A stretch of DNA of 64,000 nt from an uncultured delta proteobacterium (GTDB lineage Bacteria > Desulfobacterota > Binatia > Binatales > Binataceae), in NCBI GenBank assembly GCA_963842085.1, contig CAWJET010000001.1:1888001-1952000 (forward strand), read 5' to 3'. Shown one piece after another: positions 1 to 8,533 of the stretch (its first letter is position 1; each line of letters begins with the position of its first letter). The translations under genes and the position numbers were made by a program. Below the pieces are notes generated by a model that made no database searches, was not told the DNA's origin, and saw only the letters and a list, made by a program, of their open reading frames with translations.

Positions 1-863
1 TTTCGGCGCGCGCGGTGCTGACTGCGGTGGCGCTTTGCGTGCCGATTATTTTCGCCATCTGTCTGGGCCTGAGCGGGCAAGTCGCGCTCAGCGCGTCGCT
101 GGCAGTGTTACTCACACTGATCTGTTTTTTCGCGACGGCGATCGCCGGCTACCTGACCGGAATAGTCGGCGCGTCGAACAATCCGGTGTCGGGTGTCACC
201 GTGATCGTATTACTCGCGGTGGCGCTGTTTCTGAAATTCGCCGGAGTGTCGCAGAGCGCCGGGCCGCACCTGGCGATTCTTGCCGGCGCGATCGTATGCA
301 CGGCGGCCGCAATGGCGGGTGATTCCCTGCACGATCTCGCGACCGGCTTTCACGTTGGCGCGACGCCGCGCTCGCTCGAAATAGGAGTGCTGGTCGGCGC
401 GATCGCTTCATCATTCGTGATGGCGCCGATTCTGAATTTGCTGATCGCCGGCTACGGAATCGCAGGCACTGCGACCGCGCGCGCGGGTGCACTGGCGGCG
501 CCACAAGCGTTTCTGATGGCGAAAGTGACGCAGGGAGTTTTCCACGGCGGACTACCGCTCGGGACAATAGCGACCGGCGCGGCGCTCGCGGCGCTTCTCG
601 GATTCAGCGATCGCTACCTGGAACGGATCGGATCGAAGTGGCGCACGCCGATCATGCCGGCCGCGATCGGTCTCTATCTCCCGTTGGGACTCAGCGTAAC
701 CATCTTCATCGGCGCGCTGGCGCACTCCCTCTTGGGACCCGAGGATGAGGCAGAGAACGGACCCGGGATTCTGCTCGCGGCCGGTCTGGTGGCAGGCGAA
801 GCGCTGATGGGAGTTGCGAGCGGCGCGATAGTCACGGCGGGAATCCGGCTGCCGCTTTTTTGA
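1..863 (+). CDS. OPT-family oligopeptide transporter, C-terminal part (5' end outside window)
   Basis: Multi-TM ORF 15..863 with OPT motifs GIVGASNNPVSG, GDSLHDLATG, LAAPQAFLM, GLVAGEALMG. Confidence 0.85.
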   Translation, partial: SARAVLTAVALCVPIIFAICLGLSGQVALSASLAVLLTLICFFATAIAGYLTGIVGASNNPVSGVTVIVLLAVALFLKFAGVSQSAGPHLAILAGAIVCTAAAMAGDSLHDLATGFHVGATPRSLEIGVLVGAIASSFVMAPILNLLIAGYGIAGTATARAGALAAPQAFLMAKVTQGVFHGGLPLGTIATGAALAALLGFSDRYLERIGSKWRTPIMPAAIGLYLPLGLSVTIFIGALAHSLLGPEDEAENGPGILLAAGLVAGEALMGVASGAIVTAGIRLPLF

Positions 864-976
864 CAGGATATTTTGCATGCGACCGATCCTCATCTCTGTC
901 CGGGACATCACCTGGATTTGCGGGGTTGCATTGATTTTGTTCGCCGCACCGGTGCGAGCGCAGGCGGGTCACTTCT

Positions 977-1498
977 ATGACGGTTACCCAGACGAAGGTG
1001 ATTCGGTTCATACCGCCGATCCCGACCGGCGACGTGCGCGAAGGTTCGTGCTGGACTGAATCGATCTCCGTTACGCGGGTTGGTGCTTGGCGGTGCATGG
1101 TCGGTAATGCGATCAGCGATCCGTGTTTCACGATACCCGGCAATCGTACGCAGCTCGTATGCGACGCCAATCCCGCCCTCAAAACCGACGGCTTTGTTTT
1201 GATGCTCACCAAGCCGTTGCCCAGGTCATCGCTTCCCAATCGGAAGCCGGAACCCTGGCTCTTTCGTCTGGCTGACAATTCGATCTGCGAGGCGATGACC
1301 GGGACGCTGTCGCCCGTGAACGGCGAGCCTGCGCGATGGGCTTGCGCGGTACACATCCGCGATCAGGTCAGACCGTCGGGACTGGTGACGGCGCTAATGC
1401 CGGGAAAAATCTGGACGGCCGACAAATTCCCGGAAAGCGCGATCGGCAAGCAAGGCGTCGAGCCGCAAAGAGTGCCGGTGAAGACGGTCTGGGAGTGA
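977..1498 (+). CDS. Cys-rich, probably exported hypothetical protein; likely frameshifted from a signal peptide starting at 877
   Basis: 173-aa ORF with six Cys (GSCW..AWRC..DPCF..VC..IC..WAC); signal-peptide-like sequence lies upstream in another frame. Confidence 0.65.
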   Translation: MTVTQTKVIRFIPPIPTGDVREGSCWTESISVTRVGAWRCMVGNAISDPCFTIPGNRTQLVCDANPALKTDGFVLMLTKPLPRSSLPNRKPEPWLFRLADNSICEAMTGTLSPVNGEPARWACAVHIRDQVRPSGLVTALMPGKIWTADKFPESAIGKQGVEPQRVPVKTVWE

Positions 1499-1506
1499 GC
1501 GCGCCG

Positions 1507-2007
1507 CTACTTGCGCATCGTGCGCAATTGCCGATGGGTCAGCATCCAACGCAGCTCGCCGCCGCCGCGTTCGAAGCGCGCAGGCAGATCAATCGCAATA
1601 CATCCGCCCGTCTTCAACTTCAGATGAACGGCGTCGCTCGCGCCGGTCAGCAGAATCGATGCGACGGCGCTGAGTTGGGGCTCGTGGCCGACGATCATGA
1701 CCTCGCCATGCTTTGAAAATGCGCGCAGTGCCGCCACCGCGTCGGCGGGCGCCACGCCGGTCGCGAGCGCGGGCAGCACTTGCGGCGGCGGAGTATTCTC
1801 GTATGCGGCCGCGACGATCTCGGCGGTTTCCGCGGCGCGCACGAGCGGACTGGTCAATATCACGTCAAACTTCAGGCCCATCGCGCGTAGACCGGCGGCG
1901 GCCCCGCGCATCTTTTCCTTGGAACGTTCGGTCAGCTTGCGCGCCCCGTCGTCGCCGCTGGATGCGGCCTCTTCGGCGGTCGCGTGACGCAGAATATAGA
2001 GCATCAT
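1507..2007 (-). CDS. sixA: Phosphohistidine phosphatase SixA
   Basis: LYILRHA, TSPLVRAAETA, VGHEP motifs; ATG at 2007 overlaps the CHAD stop (ATGA). Confidence 0.9.
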   Translation of the reverse strand: MMLYILRHATAEEAASSGDDGARKLTERSKEKMRGAAAGLRAMGLKFDVILTSPLVRAAETAEIVAAAYENTPPPQVLPALATGVAPADAVAALRAFSKHGEVMIVGHEPQLSAVASILLTGASDAVHLKLKTGGCIAIDLPARFERGGGELRWMLTHRQLRTMRK

Positions 2008-3095
2008 GCAGTTGCTTCCGCAGTGGAATGAGAGTTCATCGAATCGTGATTGGGCTGCGGCTCTCGTTCGATCTCGCCGCCCGCTATATCCGGTTGCTTC
2101 GGTGGAGCGGCTTCGCCGGCATCGGAATCCGGCGCGGCCGGGCTGACGGGCTTCAGCGCTGCCCTGCCGGCGCGGCGAATTTCGTCGAGCGTGTCGCGCA
2201 TCGCATCGGAGCGCTCGAACCGCCGCCACGCTCTCATGCATCGCCGGCGCAATTTGTTTTCGCTGCTGCGCAGCGACTGGATCAGCGCACCGGCTGCGAG
2301 CACGGTCCTGGGCGGCGCGGCCGCCGTCTCCGCATACGACAGCAGCCACGCAGATGCGACCGTGACGTCGTGATAGAGCCCCAGCAATTCCTGGAGTTCT
2401 TCGAGCCGCGCCAGGGTTTTTTTGTGGCGCTTGGCGCCCAGCGGCGCCATCATCTCGAGTTCGTAGCGCAGACGCTTGATCCGAACGCGCAGCTTGTGGA
2501 AAAGCAGCGCGGGAGCGTCGTCCGCAATCTTTTCGCCAAGGCGTGATGCACCGCGTGCAGCCGGCCTGATCAGTTGGGGCGCGACGATGCCGAGCGGGCG
2601 GTCGCTGCCGATTTTCTTGATCGCCGGCCGCGACAGCTTCGCGAGCAGGGTCCGATAGCGCTTCGACGCAAGCAGCTCGTACAGCTTCGCGTGCTCGGCT
2701 TTGCGCCGTTCGTCCAGCGCCGCAACCATCGGTGCGATCGCGTCTCTCAGGTCGGGATCGATTTTGGCCGCACGCGCGGCGATCAGCGCCGGGGTCACGT
2801 CACACTCGCGGACGGCGCCCGCCTGGGTGCTGATCCACCGGATGTCACGCCGGAAGATCCTGAGTTGCGCGGCGTAGATGACGTTCGAAAATAATTCGAT
2901 TGATGCGCGCAGGCGCCGCGTGGCGACGCGAAGTTGATGCAGCGACTCCGCATCGCCCGACTCCGCCGCGCTCTGATGCCGCAACAGCGATTCAGCGCCG
3001 AATGCAAGCGCTTTGCGCGCGGCATCGGCCACGGTTTCTCCGGGCGAAAGCGTCACCCTGCGCGGCGGCGCATCGGAGCGCGGGGCATCCATCAC
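2004..3095 (-). CDS. CHAD-domain polyphosphate-binding protein
   Basis: Two CHAD half-motifs: LHQLRVATRRLR...GAVRECDV and FHKLRVRIKRLRY...LQELLGLYHD. Confidence 0.9.
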   Translation of the reverse strand: MMDAPRSDAPPRRVTLSPGETVADAARKALAFGAESLLRHQSAAESGDAESLHQLRVATRRLRASIELFSNVIYAAQLRIFRRDIRWISTQAGAVRECDVTPALIAARAAKIDPDLRDAIAPMVAALDERRKAEHAKLYELLASKRYRTLLAKLSRPAIKKIGSDRPLGIVAPQLIRPAARGASRLGEKIADDAPALLFHKLRVRIKRLRYELEMMAPLGAKRHKKTLARLEELQELLGLYHDVTVASAWLLSYAETAAAPPRTVLAAGALIQSLRSSENKLRRRCMRAWRRFERSDAMRDTLDEIRRAGRAALKPVSPAAPDSDAGEAAPPKQPDIAGGEIEREPQPNHDSMNSHSTAEATA

Positions 3096-3100
3096 TTGTG

Positions 3101-3859
3101 CTATTCCTTGCGCGTCGATGCGCCGTGATCGGTCGAATCGGGACGCGGCTTGCCGTTGGCCCGCGACAAATATTCGGCGATGTGTTTTCTAAGCTCGCCC
3201 TGGAGCTCCACGACCGGAAGGCGCGCATCGACGGAGATGAAGCCGAACTCGCCGGACAAGCGCCGGTATTCGTCTATCAGGCGGCTCTGGTAGCGCTCGA
3301 ATGAATCGAACAGGTCGGTGCCGAGCGCCAGATGCATCCCGGATTCCCAGTAGTCCATCCCCTTGCCCATGATGACGCGGGGAATCAGAGATTCGACGTC
3401 GATGTCGAGGTAGAGCACGAGGTCGGGCACCAGCGCCATCCCAAACACCTCGCGCGTCCATCGCGGGTCGGCGCCCATCACCGAGTTGCGCGCGAACGCG
3501 GTGTACATGTAGCGATCGGCGATCACGATAAAGCCCGCCTGCAACGCCGGCAGGATTTCGTGCTCGAGCCGATCAGCAAAATCCGCGGCGTAGAGCAGCG
3601 AGAAGGTGGTGACCGTTAGCTGATGCCCCGCCTTGGCCTCGTTGATGGTCTCGGAGAGCAGTGGCGAGCGCGTCCATCCGGTGTTGCTGACGGCGTAGCC
3701 TTCGAGTTCGAGCCACGGGCGGAGCAGCTCGATCTGCGCGGAGCGGCCGACGCCGTCGGTTCCTTCGATCGCGATCAAGTGGCCAGGCAGCCGTTTTTTC
3801 GTGAGGTACGGCAGGCCGTGCCCGTACCAGGTCTTAGCGCGGCTGGGATGTGACGCCAT
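3101..3859 (-). CDS. Thymidylate kinase-like protein 2 (variant P-loop GTDGVGRS)
   Basis: IEGTDGVGRS, FSLLYAADFADR, ADRYMYTAFAR; start at MASHPS (3859). Confidence 0.85.
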   Translation of the reverse strand: MASHPSRAKTWYGHGLPYLTKKRLPGHLIAIEGTDGVGRSAQIELLRPWLELEGYAVSNTGWTRSPLLSETINEAKAGHQLTVTTFSLLYAADFADRLEHEILPALQAGFIVIADRYMYTAFARNSVMGADPRWTREVFGMALVPDLVLYLDIDVESLIPRVIMGKGMDYWESGMHLALGTDLFDSFERYQSRLIDEYRRLSGEFGFISVDARLPVVELQGELRKHIAEYLSRANGKPRPDSTDHGASTRKE

Positions 3860-4700
3860 TTTTTCCGTTTGCTCGATTAAGATCGTAGTCGCGAAGAATT
3901 TCCTGGACCATCGTGCGTACGACTCGCTGTTGATTGGGGATTTCGGCGGTCGCGTCGATCGGACGCATCCCGAACTCAAGCGTCAGTTGATCGTAAATTT
4001 CGAGCACGCGGCTCTGAAACATGCGGAAGCTTTCGACCGGATCGGCCGAGAGACCGACGTCCATCCCGGCTTCGTGGTACTTGAGCTTGGCGCGTCCCGA
4101 CAGCAGGCGCTCGAGCGAGATGTCGATCGGCACGCGAAAGTAGAGCGTCAAGTCGGGCCGCAGCGCGGGGCTGTAAACCGAGCGGACCCATTCGGGATGC
4201 ACGCCGCGGGCGACGTCGCGCGCAAATGCCGTGTAGACGTAGCGATCGGCGAGCACGATCATGCCGGCCTTCAGCGGCGGCAGAATCTGGTAAGTCAGGC
4301 GATCGGCGAAATCGACGGCGTGCAACAGCGAGAAGGTGGTCGGCGTCAGCAGATTTTTTTTCTTGCCGCGTTGCATCGAACGGCGTACCAGCCGCGACGA
4401 ATTCCACTCCGTGAAATGCACCGGGTAGCCGCGCGACCGTAGCCATCGCTCGAGCAGCAGCAGTTGCGTCGATTTGCCCGACCCGTCGATTCCCTCGACG
4501 CAGATCAGCCGGCCGCGATAGGGATGCGGCGTTTCGAGCAGGGTCTTCGGCGCACTCGTGACGGCGGACTTGGCGCTGGTCGCGGACGGAGTAACGTGAC
4601 CGTTGGGCGAAGGAACGGCGGCAGGCAGCCTTACCGCTGCAACACCACCTGGCGATCCAGCAGTCTCGATAACAGGTCGGTCCTTCTCTCGCATGTCCAT
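3834..4700 (-). CDS. Thymidylate kinase-like protein 1 (canonical P-loop GIDGSGKS)
   Basis: VEGIDGSGKSTQ, FTEWNSS, ADRYVYTAFARD; true start may be downstream of 4700 because 4700 overlaps ppx by 70 nt. Confidence 0.85.
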   Translation of the reverse strand: MDMREKDRPVIETAGSPGGVAAVRLPAAVPSPNGHVTPSATSAKSAVTSAPKTLLETPHPYRGRLICVEGIDGSGKSTQLLLLERWLRSRGYPVHFTEWNSSRLVRRSMQRGKKKNLLTPTTFSLLHAVDFADRLTYQILPPLKAGMIVLADRYVYTAFARDVARGVHPEWVRSVYSPALRPDLTLYFRVPIDISLERLLSGRAKLKYHEAGMDVGLSADPVESFRMFQSRVLEIYDQLTLEFGMRPIDATAEIPNQQRVVRTMVQEILRDYDLNRANGKNGVTSQPR

Positions 4701-6145
4701 AGCTCGAGGTCGGCCTCCTCGCGCTTCGAATCGACTCCGACGATTACACGGCCCGGTGAATACCTGACCTCGATATTCTTAACCACACCGAAGTGGGTTC
4801 GATCCAGCGCGTCGGCAACACGCAGAATCGCGGCGAGGCCCCTTATCACACGGCGCTTGGCGGGGCTGAGCGATTTCAAATCCGGCGAATCGAGCTTGGG
4901 GGCCTGCTTGCGATGCCCGCGAGCCGCCTGGGCGATGACCTCGATTTCGTCAGTGTCGAAGCCGAACAGCTCCGCATTCTTAATCAGGTAGTAAGAATGA
5001 CGATTGTGCCGGTCATGATCAATCGCGTGGCCAATATCGTGCAGTAAGGCCCCGAATTCAAGGAGTTCTCGCGAGGACTTGGGCAGGCCCAGAACCGGCG
5101 CCGTCGCGTCGAACAGCTTGAGCGCCAGCCGCGCGACCTGCTTGCCGTGCTCGTTGCTGCCGGCGAATCGCGCCGCCAGGGCGCCGACCGAGCGGCGGCG
5201 CGCGTCGGCCGCCGAGCGCGAGTCGAGCTTGCGCGCGAGACCCAGCAGCACGCCTTCGCGCAGCGCCCAGGTGCATGCGGCCAGTTCCGGCGCGCCGGAT
5301 TTCTTCAGAATAAAATTCACCAGCGTGGCCGCGGCCGGCATCAGGTCGACGCGCTTCGCGTCCATCCCGGGAAGATCGACGCGCAGCGCCGCGTTGGCCT
5401 CGACCAGGTCGCGCTTCAACTCGGCAATCTCACCGGCCGAGGCGCTCGCGCCATGCAGGCGGCCCAGTTCCTCGCCGCGCGCGGCTCGCGCCATCGCGAC
5501 CATCGTGTTGATCGTGCCCGAGGTCCCGATCGCGCGGACCACCCCCGCGCGCCGCGCCTTGCGCATCAGCGGCCCAATCGCGCGCTCGAGATGCGCCTCG
5601 AGCTTGCTCAACTGCGTGCGCGTCGGCGGGTCGTCGAGCAGAAATCTCTCTGCCAGCCGCGCCGCGCCGAGCTTCACGCTGCGCATCCACAGCGGCTTGC
5701 CGTCGCGCACCAGCACGAGTTCCACGCTGCCGCCGCCCACGTCGACGAGCAAATGAGGTCCGCCGTCGAGACCCAGCGCGTGACGCGCAGCCTGAAAGAT
5801 CAGCCGCGCCTCGTCGAGTCCCGAGATCACCTCAACCGTCAGGCCGGTCTCGCGCTTGATGCGCCGAATGAACTCCGTACGGTTGCGCGCTTCGCGCACC
5901 GCGCTGGTCGCCACCGCGCGCAGCCGATCCACTCGGCGCACCCGCAGCAGTTTCTTGAAATTCACCAGCGCGCGCACCGCGAGGTCCATCGATTCCGGCG
6001 TGAGCCGTCCCGTCGTGAACGATCGCCGGCCCAGCCGCACCATTTCCTTGACGCGATCGACGACTTCGAGATGACCGTCGCGGCTCACGTCCGCCACGAT
6101 CATGTGGACGGAGTTGGATCCGACATCGATGGCTCCCAGCCGCAT
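4631..6145 (-). CDS. ppx: Ppx/GppA exopolyphosphatase with C-terminal HD domain
   Basis: IDVGSNSVH, ATSAVREA, DVGGGSVE, LREG, LLHDIG...ADALD; start at MRLGAID. Confidence 0.92.
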   Translation of the reverse strand: MRLGAIDVGSNSVHMIVADVSRDGHLEVVDRVKEMVRLGRRSFTTGRLTPESMDLAVRALVNFKKLLRVRRVDRLRAVATSAVREARNRTEFIRRIKRETGLTVEVISGLDEARLIFQAARHALGLDGGPHLLVDVGGGSVELVLVRDGKPLWMRSVKLGAARLAERFLLDDPPTRTQLSKLEAHLERAIGPLMRKARRAGVVRAIGTSGTINTMVAMARAARGEELGRLHGASASAGEIAELKRDLVEANAALRVDLPGMDAKRVDLMPAAATLVNFILKKSGAPELAACTWALREGVLLGLARKLDSRSAADARRRSVGALAARFAGSNEHGKQVARLALKLFDATAPVLGLPKSSRELLEFGALLHDIGHAIDHDRHNRHSYYLIKNAELFGFDTDEIEVIAQAARGHRKQAPKLDSPDLKSLSPAKRRVIRGLAAILRVADALDRTHFGVVKNIEVRYSPGRVIVGVDSKREEADLELWTCERRTDLLSRLLDRQVVLQR

Positions 6146-6238
6146 GAATAGAAGGTAACGCCCCGGGCGCTCGATGTCATCCATATTGCCCCGCATCCGC
6201 ACCGGCGGACCGAAAATCCGCGCACTCAACCTGCGACG

Positions 6239-6283
6239 ATTAGAAGCGACGCGCGTTACCGTGCGATGAACGCCGGATGTCGA
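6239..6283 (-). promoter_or_regulatory. Putative Pho-box-like promoter of the ppx operon
   Basis: Minus strand TCGACAT-N4-CGTTCAT-N4-CGGTAAC-N10-TCTAAT (11-bp period). Confidence 0.55.
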
Positions 6284-6354
6284 ATTTGTTTTCGCGGTAT
6301 CATCGCAAATCCATCGAGTCTAATCTGAACTGAACCCTGCACGGACCTATTTCC

Positions 6355-7956
6355 TTGGCAGTCGCAGCCTCATCCCCGATTGGCACCGAGTATCCCGACT
6401 ACGGGACCTCCAGCCACAAATGGCTCATCGCCCTGGCCGTGATGCTCGGCACGACGCTTGAGGTCCTGGACACGTCGATCGTCAACGTCGCGCTGCCGCA
6501 TATGCAGGGCAGCTTTTCCGCGAGCGTCGACGAAATCGCCTGGGTGCTCACCAGTTACCTGGTCGCCAACGGCATCATGATTCCAATGACGGGATGGATC
6601 TCGTCGCGCTTCGGCCGCAAGCGCTACTTCATGACCTCAGTCGCCGTGTTCGTCGCCGCCTCGGGCCTGTGCGGCGCCGCGCGATCGCTCGATCAGATGG
6701 TCGTCTTTCGATTGATTCAGGGCGCGGCGGGCGCTGCGATGGTCCCGTCGTCGCAGGCGATCCTGATGGAGACCTTCCCGCCCAACGAACAGCAGCTCGC
6801 GATGGCGACGTGGGGGATGGGCCTGATGGTCGCGCCGATCATGGGTCCGACGCTCGGCGGATGGATCACCGACAATTGGAACTGGCGCTGGAATTTTTAC
6901 ATCAACCTGCCGATCGGCGCCGCTGCCTTCCTGATGGTCTGGACCTTCGTTCACGACCCCGCGTACCTGCGCACCCGCGCCAAGGGCGGCAAGACCGACT
7001 ACACCGGCATCATCCTGCTCGTCATCGGGCTCGGCCTGGCGCAGCTCGTCCTCGATCGCGGCCAGCGCGCCGACTGGTTCAGTTCGCCGTGGGTCGTTTA
7101 CTGCACGATAATTTCCACGCTCTGCATCGTCGGCCTCGCGATCAACGAACTGCGCACGCCGGAACCGATCCTCGATCTGTCAATCCTCGGGATTCCTGTA
7201 TTCACGATGTCGGTGATGCTGATGGTGGCGATGAGTTTCGCCCTGTTCGGCACCGGACTGCTGAATCCTATTTTCCTGCAGGAGTTGATGGGTTACAGCG
7301 CGTGGAAGGCCGGCCTGGTGCTCGCGCCGCGAGGACTCGGCACCATGGGGGCGATGCTGATCGTCGGACAGCTCGGGCGCTACCGCTACGACACGCGTCC
7401 GCTGATCGGCGTCGGGTTCGTCATCATGGCATTCGGGCTGTGGACGATGGCCGGATGGAATACTCAGGTCAGCATGTGGGCGGTGACGTGGCCGAGCCTC
7501 GTTATGGGCGTCGGGATGGGCATGATCTTCCCCACGCTGTCCGCCACCACGCTGGCATGCGTCAGCCGCGAGCGCGTCGGCTACGCCGCAAGCCTCTACA
7601 ATATGATGCGCAACACCGGCGCCGCGATCGGCATCTCGTACATGACGACCGTGCTCGTGAATCACGAGCAGACGCATCAGTCGTACCTGGTCGAGCATTT
7701 CACCGCCTTCGACGCATGGAAGATGAGCGGCGCTGCGCGGCTCACTCCCGGCGCGCGCAGCTTCGACTACCTGCCGCAAATACTCAGCGGCCAGAAGCAG
7801 GGACTCGGGATGGTGTATGGGATGATTCAGCGTCAGTCGATGATGCTGTCGTTCAACGACATCTACCGCACACTGGCTATTGTAATGATGATTCTGATTC
7901 CGACCTTTCTGCTCCTGCGCCGCGCGCAACCCACCACCGGCGTGGCCGCCCACTAA
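6355..7956 (+). CDS. DHA2-family (EmrB/QacA) MFS efflux permease
   Basis: LDTSIVNVALP, WVLTSYLVA, GPTLGGWIT, WRWNFYINLPIG; about 14 TM. Confidence 0.92.
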   Translation: MAVAASSPIGTEYPDYGTSSHKWLIALAVMLGTTLEVLDTSIVNVALPHMQGSFSASVDEIAWVLTSYLVANGIMIPMTGWISSRFGRKRYFMTSVAVFVAASGLCGAARSLDQMVVFRLIQGAAGAAMVPSSQAILMETFPPNEQQLAMATWGMGLMVAPIMGPTLGGWITDNWNWRWNFYINLPIGAAAFLMVWTFVHDPAYLRTRAKGGKTDYTGIILLVIGLGLAQLVLDRGQRADWFSSPWVVYCTIISTLCIVGLAINELRTPEPILDLSILGIPVFTMSVMLMVAMSFALFGTGLLNPIFLQELMGYSAWKAGLVLAPRGLGTMGAMLIVGQLGRYRYDTRPLIGVGFVIMAFGLWTMAGWNTQVSMWAVTWPSLVMGVGMGMIFPTLSATTLACVSRERVGYAASLYNMMRNTGAAIGISYMTTVLVNHEQTHQSYLVEHFTAFDAWKMSGAARLTPGARSFDYLPQILSGQKQGLGMVYGMIQRQSMMLSFNDIYRTLAIVMMILIPTFLLLRRAQPTTGVAAH

Positions 7957-7965
7957 CCTGTCTCG

Positions 7966-8496
7966 CTAATCTTTCATTTGCGCGAGTGCTCGCTCGAAGG
8001 CCTCGAGCGAGCGGCGATCGAACAGCACGAATTCCACCCGCTCCAGCGTCGTCGCACCGCCGAGATGCGCTCGCACTTCCCCGAGCATCACCTCGGCGCA
8101 TCGCTCGATCGGAAAACCCGCGATGCCGGTGCCGATCGCCGGAAATGCGATCGTCTTGAGCGAGTTCTCGTCGGCACGCCTCAGCGAGTTACGCGTCGCC
8201 GCACGTAGATTTGTCTCCGACGTCGATTCTCCCAGCCGCATGCTCGCTGCGTGAATTACATGCCGCGCGCGCAGCCGTCCCGCCCCCGTAATCGCCGCCT
8301 CGCCGAGCGCGATCGGCCCAATGCGGTCGCACTCGCGCTGAATCGCCGGTCCGCCCTTGACGCGAATCGCGCCCGCGACACCGCCGCCCAGCATCAGATC
8401 GTTGTTCGCAGCATTCACGATCGCGTCCACCTCCGCGTCCGTGAGGTCGCCCTGGCGGAGTTCGATCTTCGCGCGCCAATCTCTACTCATCGCCAT
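7966..8496 (-). CDS. Macro domain protein (YmdB/MacroD-like ADP-ribose hydrolase)
   Basis: GDLT, AIVNAAN, GGGVAGAI, AFPAIGTGIAGFP. Confidence 0.9.
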   Translation of the reverse strand: MAMSRDWRAKIELRQGDLTDAEVDAIVNAANNDLMLGGGVAGAIRVKGGPAIQRECDRIGPIALGEAAITGAGRLRARHVIHAASMRLGESTSETNLRAATRNSLRRADENSLKTIAFPAIGTGIAGFPIERCAEVMLGEVRAHLGGATTLERVEFVLFDRRSLEAFERALAQMKD

Positions 8497-8533
8497 GTTA
8501 TTATCGCGCCAATCGGTGATAATCCGAAGCGGC

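Noticed and set aside
7966-8496. Macro domain as a DarG antitoxin or defence gene
   Set aside because: No DarT or sirtuin partner; looks like stand-alone MacroD/YmdB
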